A stretch of 32,000 bases of DNA from Candidatus Saccharimonadota bacterium (GCA_041659445.1 JBAZYG010000002.1:60001-92000); one strand, 5' to 3'. Counted from the stretch's first letter, positions 9,398-17,995 are shown. The notes: generated from the sequence alone by a model not told the origin. Numbers and translations are program-made.

Positions 9398-9748
9398 ATG
9401 GTTAAACCAGGAGAATATAAAGTAGAAACAAAATTTCATCCTATGGGAAGATTGGTATATGATTTAATTCTGAAATGCCCTTTTGATAAATTTCCATTAA
9501 ATTATGCTTCAGAATTTCCAGATCTGTCTGGTTGGATTTGTTCTAGCCCTAATTGCAGATTATCTTATGGATTGACCTTTGATCAAAATCAAATAAACTT
9601 TGAAGCTAAAAAATATGTTGAAAAATGGAAACAAGAATTGTTAAAGAATAAACAAGAAAAAGAGAAGTTATTAAGAAACCTAGAAAAAGCAGAGCAAGTA
9701 GGCTTAATAGAGAGAAATTTCTGCTTAAAAATTCGTTATTCTGAGTAA
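9398..9748 (+). CDS. hypothetical protein with Cys-containing N-terminal region and C-terminal coiled coil
   Basis: 116 aa; CPFDKF...WICSSPNC may be a zinc-ribbon-like knuckle, followed by KWKQELLKNKQEKEKLLRNLEKAE. Confidence 0.5.
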   Translation: MVKPGEYKVETKFHPMGRLVYDLILKCPFDKFPLNYASEFPDLSGWICSSPNCRLSYGLTFDQNQINFEAKKYVEKWKQELLKNKQEKEKLLRNLEKAEQVGLIERNFCLKIRYSE

Positions 9749-9835
9749 AACTTAATTTATACACAAAAACTTCGTACAATATACCTTATGCGAACTCAAT
9801 AAAAATAAGCAATTCGTGCACAAAGCTAACCTAAA

Positions 9836-9979
9836 TTAAAAGGAATCTAATAGGGCTCTAGATTGGTCTTTTAAAATATTCACAGTAGCTGGAAGAGCAA
9901 CCAAGATACCTAAAATTAAGTAAATCCAATTCTTGGATAGTGCATTATTTTTAAATTTTTTAGAAAAATGTTTAGTCAT
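9836..9979 (-). CDS. possible small single-pass membrane protein (47 aa)
   Basis: Hand-translated: MTKHFSKKFKNNALSKNWIYLILGILVALPATVNILKDQSRALLDSF. It is below the ORF-track size cutoff, and the only support is the hydrophobic helix. Confidence 0.3.
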   Translation of the reverse strand: MTKHFSKKFKNNALSKNWIYLILGILVALPATVNILKDQSRALLDSF

Positions 9980-10024
9980 CTTTATCTAAAAACTAGGAAA
10001 AAAGGGTATAAAAACCTATCTTTT

Positions 10025-10558
10025 TTAATCAAAAACCTTGTAAGCCCATTTATAATACTCATACTTGTCATGGCTTAAATCTCTAAAATAAAATAATTCT
10101 TCATCATTATGATAAAGATACTTTCTTAAGTCATAAGTTCTCAAGTTTCCTTCATAGTCTTCAAAATAAAATCTCACTGTAAAATAACCTTCTGAGCCAT
10201 AATTATAAACATAAACCTTATAAGTGTCTGTATAAATTCCTAAAGAATATTCTTTTGTGTGTTTTCCTGTAGAATCATAATTTTGTTCATGATTTTGGGT
10301 ATTAAAAGGATCCCACTTACTCCAGTCATTTACAAAGTAAAATTCTTTAGGTTCATAGTTTGAAGCTTGAAAATTTCTTGATTTTTCAGAAACATAATAA
10401 GTTTTAGAATTATCTATTGAATTATAAGAATCTGAAATTGTATTAATTGTTGTTGGGTTTTTAGAATGCCCAATATTAAAGCCTATAAGAATTGCAATTA
10501 AAATTAAAACAAAAACCATCATGCCAAGAATAATTTTAATTAAATTCTCTTTTTCCAT
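10025..10558 (-). CDS. membrane-anchored or secreted Tyr-rich protein of unknown function
   Basis: 177 aa with an N-terminal hydrophobic helix (IILGMMVFVLILIAILIGF) and a Y/D/E-rich ectodomain. Confidence 0.6.
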   Translation of the reverse strand: MEKENLIKIILGMMVFVLILIAILIGFNIGHSKNPTTINTISDSYNSIDNSKTYYVSEKSRNFQASNYEPKEFYFVNDWSKWDPFNTQNHEQNYDSTGKHTKEYSLGIYTDTYKVYVYNYGSEGYFTVRFYFEDYEGNLRTYDLRKYLYHNDEELFYFRDLSHDKYEYYKWAYKVFD

Positions 10559-10632
10559 AAATTAATAAATTATTTTTAGTTTTTAAGAATTATTGTGATA
10601 AAAAAATACAAAAAAGAAAAAAATTATTTAGC

Positions 10633-10926
10633 TTAATCTCTTTTTTTAAAAGATTTCTTAGGTTGTTCAGGTTCTTCACTTTTAGGAGTAGCTTCTCTTA
10701 CTTGCAATGGTCTTCCTTCTGCATCTTTTCCATTCATTTCTTTAATGGCTTTTTGAGCAGATTCGTCTTTTGCAAAGGTAATAAAACCAAAACCTTTTGA
10801 TCTACCATTAAATCGGTCTGCAACAACTAGTGCTTCTTGAATTTCACCAAATTTTTCAAATAAGCTAGTCAAGTCTTTAAATCCGTATCTAAAAGGTAGA
10901 TTTCCCACATATATTTTTTTAGCCAT
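10633..10926 (-). CDS. RNA-recognition-motif (RRM) RNA-binding protein
   Basis: 97 aa with RNP-2 IYVGNL and RNP-1 KGFGFITF at canonical spacing. A GGAGG Shine-Dalgarno lies 5 nt upstream of the ATG. Confidence 0.85.
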   Translation of the reverse strand: MAKKIYVGNLPFRYGFKDLTSLFEKFGEIQEALVVADRFNGRSKGFGFITFAKDESAQKAIKEMNGKDAEGRPLQVREATPKSEEPEQPKKSFKKRD

Positions 10927-11057
10927 AATTCCTCCGTTCTTCTATCTACCAAAAGAATTTATCTTTTGTATTTTTAATATGTAAATATATTTTATAAAAT
11001 TAACCTTTTCAGTAGAAGTATAAGAAAATATTTAAGCAAGTTCGCACAATTTATTGA

Positions 11058-11891
11058 ATGAACAATGAAGAATTTCTTAAAAAATTAGAAGTTGAATTAA
11101 AAATTTCAAAAAATTCAGAATATACCTTGAGAAATTATATTTTTTCAAACGAAAAGTTTTTAGATTCTGTAAAAAAACCATTGGAATCTATTAATGAAGA
11201 CGATGTAAAAATATATCTTTCAGAAAAATTAAGTTCAAAATCTTCGACATCTATAATTCTTTTTCTTTCAGCAATAAAATATTCTTTTTCAAATATTTTA
11301 AAAAAAGATATCACATTAGGAATTAAAAGACCAAAAAAAGAAAAAATTCTTCCCGAAGTTTTGACAAAAGAAGAAGTAAAAACCTTAATTAATTCTATTG
11401 AAAATAAAAAATCTAAATTAATGATATCTTTAATGTATGCTACTGGAATGAGGGTTTCAGAATTAATTAATTTAAAAATTAATGATTTGGAATTTGAAGA
11501 AAAAATTTGTCATATACGGCAGGCAAAAGGAAAAAAAGATAGAATTGTTAATCTTCCAAATCAATTATTTGTTAAATTGGAAAAATATGCAGATAAACAG
11601 CGTTTATTAAAATCAGAATATTTCTTTTCTGGAAAAAATGGAAAAATGACTTCGAGAAATCTTCAGAAAATAGTTTCAAAAGCTGCAAAAAAAGCAGGAA
11701 TAAAAAAGAGTGTTCATTGTCATACATTAAGGCATAGTTTCGCAACGCATTTGTTAGAAAATGGTGTTGATATAAGATTAATTCAAACACTTCTCGGGCA
11801 CAGCAATTTAAACACAACTCAATTATATACTCATGTTTCAAAAGAGCAAATAAAAAATGTTAAAAGTCCAATTGACTCTTTAATGAAGTAA
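11058..11891 (+). CDS. xerA: tyrosine recombinase XerA-like
   Basis: 277 aa with an N-terminal SAM-like domain and a catalytic region: ATGMRVSEL, HTLRHSFATHLLENG, LLGHSNLNTTQLYTHV (R..HxxR..Y). Confidence 0.88.
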   Translation: MNNEEFLKKLEVELKISKNSEYTLRNYIFSNEKFLDSVKKPLESINEDDVKIYLSEKLSSKSSTSIILFLSAIKYSFSNILKKDITLGIKRPKKEKILPEVLTKEEVKTLINSIENKKSKLMISLMYATGMRVSELINLKINDLEFEEKICHIRQAKGKKDRIVNLPNQLFVKLEKYADKQRLLKSEYFFSGKNGKMTSRNLQKIVSKAAKKAGIKKSVHCHTLRHSFATHLLENGVDIRLIQTLLGHSNLNTTQLYTHVSKEQIKNVKSPIDSLMK

Positions 11892-11892
11892 A

Positions 11893-12330
11893 ATGGAAGA
11901 ATTAGAAAAACTTAAACAAGAGAATTTTGAATTAAAAAAAGAAATAGAAAAATTAAAAAATTTATTAAATAATCGAGGGAAAACTCAAAAATCAGGAATG
12001 ATAAAAAAAGCAAGTTCAGGAAAAGTTATGTCAAAACCTGCTTTTGGATATAAAATAGAATTCGGAAAATTAATAAAAGATAGTGAAAACGCAAAAAAAG
12101 TTCAAGAAATATTCTCTGAATTTTTAATTAATGATATAAGTTTGAATAAATTATCTAAGAAATACAATTTTTCAGTTAATGGTTTGAAAAAAATTTTAAC
12201 TAATTTTACATACATTGGAAAAATAAAATTTGATAATTCAGTTCATGAAGGAACCCATGAGCCAATAATTTCATCAACAGATTTTAATCATGTTCAAGAT
12301 AAATTAGAAAAAATGCTTAAGAAGAATTGA
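11893..12330 (+). CDS. stand-alone 'Recombinase' domain protein (large-serine-recombinase DNA-binding domain without the catalytic resolvase domain)
   Basis: 145 aa with an N-terminal coiled coil. It then shows FGYK...AKKVQEIFSEF...SLNKLSKK...LKKILTNFTYIGK...HEPIISSTDFNHVQ, the conserved pattern of the Recombinase domain. The start is 1 nt after the xerA stop. Confidence 0.65.
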   Translation: MEELEKLKQENFELKKEIEKLKNLLNNRGKTQKSGMIKKASSGKVMSKPAFGYKIEFGKLIKDSENAKKVQEIFSEFLINDISLNKLSKKYNFSVNGLKKILTNFTYIGKIKFDNSVHEGTHEPIISSTDFNHVQDKLEKMLKKN

Positions 12331-12334
12331 TTAT

Positions 12335-12652
12335 TTACTCTCTTATTCTAAAGCCAAATCCACTTGTTTGATCTGTGCAGGGAACTCTTAACAAACTGAG
12401 GGATCTAGAATGATACTTCTTTTCAACTTTTTTAAAATCCTTTTCTGATATTAATTTATAGTTCTGTAGTTCTTTCAAGGAAATTCTTTTATGCTTTTTT
12501 TCTAAAATATTTTCCACAGAGATAATGTCTTCTGTAGTTTTTGCTTCCAGAGATATTTTTTGAAATTGTATAATTTCCCCTTCATAATAATTGTGTTGAA
12601 AATATTTTCCTTTAAGAGATTGTTCAAGTAATTCATACATTGTTTCTTCCAT
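12335..12652 (-). CDS. hypothetical protein (variable cassette ORF 1)
   Basis: 105 aa. Its 5' leader and 3' flank are duplicated around the neighbouring, unrelated ORF at 12847-13152. Confidence 0.5.
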   Translation of the reverse strand: MEETMYELLEQSLKGKYFQHNYYEGEIIQFQKISLEAKTTEDIISVENILEKKHKRISLKELQNYKLISEKDFKKVEKKYHSRSLSLLRVPCTDQTSGFGFRIRE

Positions 12653-12833
12653 AAAAAATTCATTAATTAATTCCTTTTAAAGATTATTGTTCTAAAAAAT
12701 AACCATTTCAGATTAAATGTTATATATACTGAAAAATAATAAACTTGAGTTGCCCATGATTGTGAAATATCTATCATTTCTCTAATCTTTTTTCCAGAAA
12801 TTAAAACCCCAAGCCAATTAATAATAAAGAAAA
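12644..12833. repeat. about 190-bp copy of 13144-13384 (leader plus 3' part of the membrane-protein gene), with a 50-bp internal deletion
   Basis: Aligned by eye: near-identical apart from a few substitutions and loss of 13218-13267. Positions 12717-12833 are a non-functional fragment of the 13203-13493 gene. Confidence 0.85.
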
Positions 12834-12846
12834 TGCTTAAGAAGAA

Positions 12847-13152
12847 TTAAAAGTCTTGAATAAAATTTAAGTCTGGAAATCTTTTAGATAAATTCTCATG
12901 GAAAATTTTTGATTCTTCTTGTGTTGGTAATCTCTCATCTTCGTCGGGTATTAAATCCTGACAAATTTTTATTTCCAAATTTTTATTCTCTTTTGAGAGT
13001 TTATTTAATTCAAAATCTAGGTGAAAATATTTTTCGTTTAAATTATTTGAAAGAAATCCACCACCGCCTGTTGTAGGAGGTTTAAAAAAATAATAAAAGT
13101 ATCTTTTTTCTGAAATTGACGCAAATAGCCTTAATTTATAATCTTCTTCCAT
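12847..13152 (-). CDS. hypothetical protein (variable cassette ORF 2)
   Basis: 101 aa with the same MEE start context and leader as 12335-12652, but an unrelated body. Confidence 0.5.
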   Translation of the reverse strand: MEEDYKLRLFASISEKRYFYYFFKPPTTGGGGFLSNNLNEKYFHLDFELNKLSKENKNLEIKICQDLIPDEDERLPTQEESKIFHENLSKRFPDLNFIQDF

Positions 13153-13202
13153 AAATCTTTCATTAATTAATTCCTTTTAAAGATTGTTGTTCTAAAAAAT
13201 AA

Positions 13203-13493
13203 CTATTTTAGATTAAAGGCGTTGCTTTTCAAATCAGAAAATGGGAAAGGCCTATTGTTTGTTTTGAATGTTATATACACTGAAAAATAATAAACTTGAG
13301 TTGCCCATGATTGTGAAATATCTATCATTTCTCTAATCTTTTTTCCAGAAATTAAAACCCAAAGCCAATTAATAATAAAGAAAATTGCAACAAGATACAT
13401 CCAAACATAGAGAATTATTCCTGAAACAATTAAAACAACAATTCTCATTAATGCTTCTTTTCTTTCGAGTTCAACCTCTTTTTTTTCTTTCAT
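13203..13493 (-). CDS. small two-helix membrane protein
   Basis: I prefer the internal start MKEKKEVELERKEALMRIVVLIVSGIILYVWMYLVAIFFIINWLWVLISG, one nt after the rps9 stop. The track ORF (to 13592) would overlap rps9 out of frame. Confidence 0.55.
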   Translation of the reverse strand: MKEKKEVELERKEALMRIVVLIVSGIILYVWMYLVAIFFIINWLWVLISGKKIREMIDISQSWATQVYYFSVYITFKTNNRPFPFSDLKSNAFNLK

Positions 13494-13494
13494 T

Positions 13495-13905
13495 TTATCT
13501 ATAAGATGTTTGCCTCTTTGCTCTTGCTTTTGAATCTCCTGGTTTATAGGCTTCTTTTCTTCGAACATCTGCAACAAGAATATTTCTATCATAATCTAAA
13601 TATGTTTTTTCAAGCTCACGCGAATTTGAAAATTTTAAAATCCCTCTAGCTAAAGCTAATCTTGCAGCTTCTATTTGTCCTTTTTCTCCGCCACCATGAA
13701 CATTTATTTTTGCATTGAATTCTATTTTTCCTAAAATTTGTTCAGCGATTCTTATTGGTTCTGCAATCCTTAATCTGTTAAAAATATCAAATCCAAGATA
13801 ACTTTTATTATTGATTAAAACTTTTCCATTTCCTGGATAAATTGTTGCTTTTGCAACTGCAGTTTTTCTTTTTCCAGAACTATATACTTTATTTGTTTCT
13901 GTCAT
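13495..13905 (-). CDS. rps9: 30S ribosomal protein S9 (uS9)
   Basis: GKRKTAVAKA...VHGGGEKGQIEAARLALARGI...RRKEAYKPGDSKARAKRQTSYR. The start is taken at MTETNK, just after the L13 stop. Confidence 0.93.
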   Translation of the reverse strand: MTETNKVYSSGKRKTAVAKATIYPGNGKVLINNKSYLGFDIFNRLRIAEPIRIAEQILGKIEFNAKINVHGGGEKGQIEAARLALARGILKFSNSRELEKTYLDYDRNILVADVRRKEAYKPGDSKARAKRQTSYR

Positions 13906-13906
13906 T

Positions 13907-14305
13907 TTAATTAAATTTAGAAAGTTTTTCAACTTCTATATATTTTGGTTTAATTTCTTTTTTCATTCCAAAGAATTTTTTACCTTCAAATTCTTTTGGA
14001 ATATTATCATAGCATCTTAATTTTTTCCAAGCAATTCTTCCTCTTCCTTCTCTATAATCTGGCAACATTCCTCTTATTGTTCTTTTAACAATTTTATAAT
14101 TTAATCTAGAGTGTTTTGGTCCTTTTTGGCTTGAACCAATTCTTGATCTTTTTTGTAAAAATTCTTCTTGAATATTTTTTTTATTTCCAGTAATAATTAT
14201 TTTGCTACAATTTAATATAATTATATCTTCTCCTTTTAGCAATTCTTTAGCTGTGAAACTTGCTAATCTTCCCATTGCAATATCTTTTCCGTCAATAATT
14301 TTCAT
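13907..14305 (-). CDS. rpl13: 50S ribosomal protein L13 (uL13)
   Basis: 132 aa; IIDGKDIAMGRLASFTAKELLKG...IRGMLP...GR pattern, in conserved position between L18e and S9. Confidence 0.9.
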   Translation of the reverse strand: MKIIDGKDIAMGRLASFTAKELLKGEDIIILNCSKIIITGNKKNIQEEFLQKRSRIGSSQKGPKHSRLNYKIVKRTIRGMLPDYREGRGRIAWKKLRCYDNIPKEFEGKKFFGMKKEIKPKYIEVEKLSKFN

Positions 14306-14673
14306 TTTAAAATTTTAACTCCTTTTGCATCTTTATTTTCTTTAATTTCATCTTTTAATAATTTTAATTCGCAATTAGCTTTTAACAACTTTTCCTTTGC
14401 TTTGTCTGAAAAATTTAAAGCACAAATTCGGATTTTTTTAGTTATTTCTCCGACAGATAAAACCTTTCCTGGAATTGCAATTATTTCACCTGGTTTTGAA
14501 TTTTTATCAATGTAATCTAAATTAATTTCAGATTTTTTTCTTGTTGGTCCAGAAAGAATAGAAGCAATTTCAATCCATTTTGAATTTTTTTTAGCTAAAA
14601 TTATTGTTTCAACTAATTCTGGATTTTTCTTTTTAGACAATTGTTTTTGAATTTGTGTTTTTGATTTTTGCAT
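14302..14673 (-). CDS. rpl18e: 50S ribosomal protein L18e (eL18)
   Basis: 123 aa; NPELVETI..LAKKNS.W..IA..LSGPTRKK..INL..I...PGE...IPGKVL..G pattern, with a 4-nt overlap onto L13. Confidence 0.85.
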   Translation of the reverse strand: MQKSKTQIQKQLSKKKNPELVETIILAKKNSKWIEIASILSGPTRKKSEINLDYIDKNSKPGEIIAIPGKVLSVGEITKKIRICALNFSDKAKEKLLKANCELKLLKDEIKENKDAKGVKILK

Positions 14674-14799
14674 TTTGTTTAAATTGAGTTAAATTTACGA
14701 GAAGAATTTATCTTCCCGCTAACGCCAAATTTCTTTAACTCGCGGTGTTTATTCTTTTTTCAGTTTTTAATGGTTTATAAATCATTTGGTTTTAAAAAA

Positions 14800-14883
14800 T
14801 GTGGATGTTAGGATTCGAACCTAAGTAGGCACTAAGCCAACAGATTTTGAGTCTGTCCCGTTTGACCACTCCGGCACATCCAC
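14800..14883 (-). tRNA. tRNA-Leu (anticodon CAA), class II with long variable arm
   Basis: Minus strand GTGGATG-TG-CCGGAGTGGTCAAACGGG-ACAGA-CTCAAAA-TCTGT-TGGCTTAGTGCCTAC-TTAGG-TTCGAAT-CCTAA-CATCCAC-A. All stems pair and the 7-nt loop carries CAA. Confidence 0.92.
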
Positions 14884-15012
14884 TTCTTTAATTAGAGAAT
14901 TTTTATGTTATATAAAAATTGTGGTTTACACTTTCTTAAGCATTTTTATAATAAATCTTTAAAATTCGTTTGAAATACAAAGCTTTATAAATAAATTTAA
15001 TTTATTTAATTC

Positions 15013-15510
15013 ATGGAAAATAAAGGGTTTTTCAATAAAGAAATAGGGAATTTCACTTTTAAATCTCCAGAAATACCCAAAATAAGTGAAATACCTGAAA
15101 TTGCCCAAAATTCCATAAAAGACCCCCTTTTTTACGATTTAGGTAAAGAAAGAATAGAATCTCTTAAAAAAGCAATTTCAGAAATAAAAATTTTAATTAA
15201 AGAAAGAGAAAAGTTAAGTAAAGACACTTTTAACGAAGGTGAAAAACTTAAAACAGAAATAAATAATTTTATTCTTGAAAACGAAAATGCAAACATTGCA
15301 TTAAATTCTGTTTCTACAAATGAATTACTTAGAGAAAAAAACGAATTAAGGTCTAAAAAAATTACAATTTCTGAATCTCAATTAAAAGAAAAAATTGATT
15401 GCTGGAAAGACGTTGCAGTGCTTAAAAAAGAATTAAGAGAACTTGAAATAGAACTTTCAGAAAAAGAAAATAGGATAATTGCATTAAATAAAATTCTCGA
15501 ATCTAATTAA
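15013..15510 (+). CDS. coiled-coil protein, partner of the downstream ATPase
   Basis: 165 aa. The C-terminal two thirds are heptad-rich (ESLKKAISEIKILIKEREKL...LRELEIELSEKENRIIALNKILE). It ends 5 nt before the ATPase gene. Confidence 0.65.
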   Translation: MENKGFFNKEIGNFTFKSPEIPKISEIPEIAQNSIKDPLFYDLGKERIESLKKAISEIKILIKEREKLSKDTFNEGEKLKTEINNFILENENANIALNSVSTNELLREKNELRSKKITISESQLKEKIDCWKDVAVLKKELRELEIELSEKENRIIALNKILESN

Positions 15511-15515
15511 TAAAA

Positions 15516-17534
15516 ATGAAAAGACTTCTTAGTATAGAAGAGTTAAGCACAAAATTAAAACCTTTATTCGGAGAAAAAATTGATCAATTATATTTTAAAT
15601 ATTTAACTTCAAATTCTAACGAAGAAAAAATAGAAATTTTGCAATTATTGACGGCATTATATCAAAAAAATCTTTCAAATTTACTCGATACAAAAATTTT
15701 GTTAGAACCGCCTCCAAAAGAATTAGTTACAGGAGAATACACTCTTGGAAATGTAGTTTATAATGAAAAAGAACTATATCCCTTTAATTTAAGAGAGCAA
15801 GATTGGTCAAGACACATTTGTGTTACAGGTATGTCTGGTAGTGGAAAAACAAATTTAGCATTGAATATTCTTTCAGATTTTATAAAAAAATCAAAGCCAT
15901 TCTTAGTTTTTGATTGGAAAAAAAGTTTTCGACCGTTGGTAAATAAAGATCCTTCATTAATGATTTTTACAGTCGGAAACGAATCTGTAAATAATTTTTT
16001 CAAATTAAACATAAACCGACCACCAAAAGATGTTTCACCAAAAGAATGGATAAATGTTTTGTGTGATCTATTAACAGAAAGTTTTGCAGTTTCATTCGGA
16101 GTTCACAAAGTTTTATTAGAAACATTAGATGAAATTTTTGAAAAATGGGGAGTTTATTCTGGTTTTAATCATTATCCAAATTGGGAGCATGTTAAAAAAA
16201 TGCTTGAAATAAAAGCAAGAGAGGCAAAAAAAAGAGAATCTGCATGGTATGAAAGTGCTTTAAGAATTGCATCTGTTTTAACTTTTGGAAGTTTTGGAAA
16301 AGTTATAAACTACGACGGAAAAAAAAGTCTTTCAGTTGAAGATTTGTTTGATAAAAGAGTTATTCTTGAATTAAATTCTTTGGGAAATATTGAGAAAAAA
16401 TTCTTTTGTGAATATCTTTTAACTTATATTTACAAATTAAAAAAAGCAAATCAATTCAAAGATGAATTAAACTTTAATTATGCAATTTTAGTTGATGAAG
16501 CACACAATATTTTCTTGAAAAATAAAACAAATTTCTTATCTGAATCTGTTACAGACATGGTTTACAGAGAAATGAGGGAATATGGAATAAGTTTAATTTG
16601 TTTAGACCAGCACATTTCTAAAATAAGTGATACTGTTAAGGGAAATTCTGCTTGTCATATAGCATTTCAACAACAACTTCCTGAGGACATTTATGATATT
16701 AGTTCTTTAATGCAAATGTTTGACAGAAAAGAAATTTTTTCAAAAATTCCTGTTGGATATTCTATTGTGAAACTTGCTGAAAGATATAATTCCTCTTTTT
16801 TAATTAAAGTTCCGTTATTTGATTTTTCTGGTGCAGAAGTAGGTGATGAAAAAATAAAATCAAGAATGGATTTTAAATTACTTGAAAATGAAATTGAAGA
16901 ATCAGATAAAGAATTTAAAAAAGAAATAACTTTTCCTTCAATAAAAAATGCAATAAAACCCGGACTAACCTTGAAGAAATCAAAAAAAAGAATTATCTTA
17001 GATAAGGAAGATTTAGAAGTTCCTTTAGAAGTTCAAGATTTTAAGAGAAAAATTGAAAATATTAAAGAGGAATATGCTGGTTTAACTCCTGTTCAAAAAG
17101 AATTATTTTTATTTATTCAATCAAAATTAGATTCAGGACGTGAATTAAAAGATATTGAAAATTTGCTTGAGCAAGGGCTTTCAGAAAAACTTTATAGTTT
17201 TTCAGATGTATTAACTGCAATTAATTATGCAATGGAGCAAAGATTAAAACTTCCTTCAAAATCTTTAACTTTCCAAAATAAAAATAATTTAGAACTTGTT
17301 TCAAATCAATTAAAACATTCTTCTGAAAATTTACCTGACGATGAGAAAAAGTTTGTTGAATTTTTAAGAAAAAATCCAAACAATGAATTAAATACAACTT
17401 CAATATATTCTTCAATGGGTTTTTCAACAAGAAAAGGAAATGTTATTAAAAAAAGGTTAATTGAAAAAAATCTTATAAAAGTTCAAGAACAAAGGACAAC
17501 AAAAGGCTGGCAAAAATTCATAAGATTAGCTTAG
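15516..17534 (+). CDS. HerA/FtsK-superfamily P-loop ATPase (DUF87-like) fused to a C-terminal winged-helix domain
   Basis: 672 aa with Walker A ICVTGMSGSGKTNLALNIL, Walker B YAILVDEAHNIF, then LICLDQH. The C-terminus FVEFLRKNPNNELNTTSIYSSMGFSTRKGNVIKKRLIEKNLIKVQE is wHTH-like. Confidence 0.8.
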   Translation: MKRLLSIEELSTKLKPLFGEKIDQLYFKYLTSNSNEEKIEILQLLTALYQKNLSNLLDTKILLEPPPKELVTGEYTLGNVVYNEKELYPFNLREQDWSRHICVTGMSGSGKTNLALNILSDFIKKSKPFLVFDWKKSFRPLVNKDPSLMIFTVGNESVNNFFKLNINRPPKDVSPKEWINVLCDLLTESFAVSFGVHKVLLETLDEIFEKWGVYSGFNHYPNWEHVKKMLEIKAREAKKRESAWYESALRIASVLTFGSFGKVINYDGKKSLSVEDLFDKRVILELNSLGNIEKKFFCEYLLTYIYKLKKANQFKDELNFNYAILVDEAHNIFLKNKTNFLSESVTDMVYREMREYGISLICLDQHISKISDTVKGNSACHIAFQQQLPEDIYDISSLMQMFDRKEIFSKIPVGYSIVKLAERYNSSFLIKVPLFDFSGAEVGDEKIKSRMDFKLLENEIEESDKEFKKEITFPSIKNAIKPGLTLKKSKKRIILDKEDLEVPLEVQDFKRKIENIKEEYAGLTPVQKELFLFIQSKLDSGRELKDIENLLEQGLSEKLYSFSDVLTAINYAMEQRLKLPSKSLTFQNKNNLELVSNQLKHSSENLPDDEKKFVEFLRKNPNNELNTTSIYSSMGFSTRKGNVIKKRLIEKNLIKVQEQRTTKGWQKFIRLA

Positions 17535-17788
17535 CTTATTTTTGTTTATAGATTATGTTACTTTTATGCAATAGTTACAAATAGAAACATTTATAAATTG
17601 ATTATTCCCTATAAAATAGAAAAAATCATATTCAAAAAACTAAACAAAAAAAACATATTTCAAAAATTACAAAAGAAACAAAAAACCGAGAATAAAACAC
17701 AGAATAAATAAGATAAATAAAATTAAATTTTATCTTGCATTTATTCAAAAATTTTATTCAAAGTTAATAAATTTCTTAAGTAAAAAAA

Positions 17789-17995
17789 TGAAATACCTTT
17801 TTCAAAATCGTTTTAGGTTTTGAAAAACAAGTGAAAAACCGCAAAAGGCTTTTCATGAGAATTATTCTTCATAGAAATATCAACTAGAACTTAAGTGAAA
17901 TACCTCAATTTCTAAGATATTTCATCAAATAAATTTCAAAAAAAATTCAAAAAATAATATGAAATACCCTAATTCAATTAAAAAAAGGTATTTCA
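17789..17995. repeat. iteron-like TGAAAWACC repeats in a 500-bp noncoding region
   Basis: TGAAATACC at 17789-17797, 17896-17904 and 17960-17968. Inverted GGTATTTCA at 17987-17995. Variant GTGAAAAACC at 17831-17840. Confidence 0.8.

Noticed and set aside
11058-13400. Integron (IntI plus attC cassettes)
   Set aside because: The recombinase is of typical XerA length and layout, with no evident IntI-specific insertion. The duplicated flanks are long, near-identical sequences that include a gene fragment, not short imperfect attC hairpins. I therefore report only a cassette-like duplication.
13494-13592. N-terminal extension of the membrane-protein ORF (track start 13592)
   Set aside because: It would overlap the 3' end of rps9 by about 100 nt in another frame. 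An internal ATG one nt after the rps9 stop gives a sensible coupled start.
14674-14799. Possible structured RNA between tRNA-Leu and L18e (cgcgagttaaag...ggcgttagcggg)
   Set aside because: Only short, imperfect pairings were found. It is most likely the promoter or 5' UTR of the L18e-L13-S9 unit.
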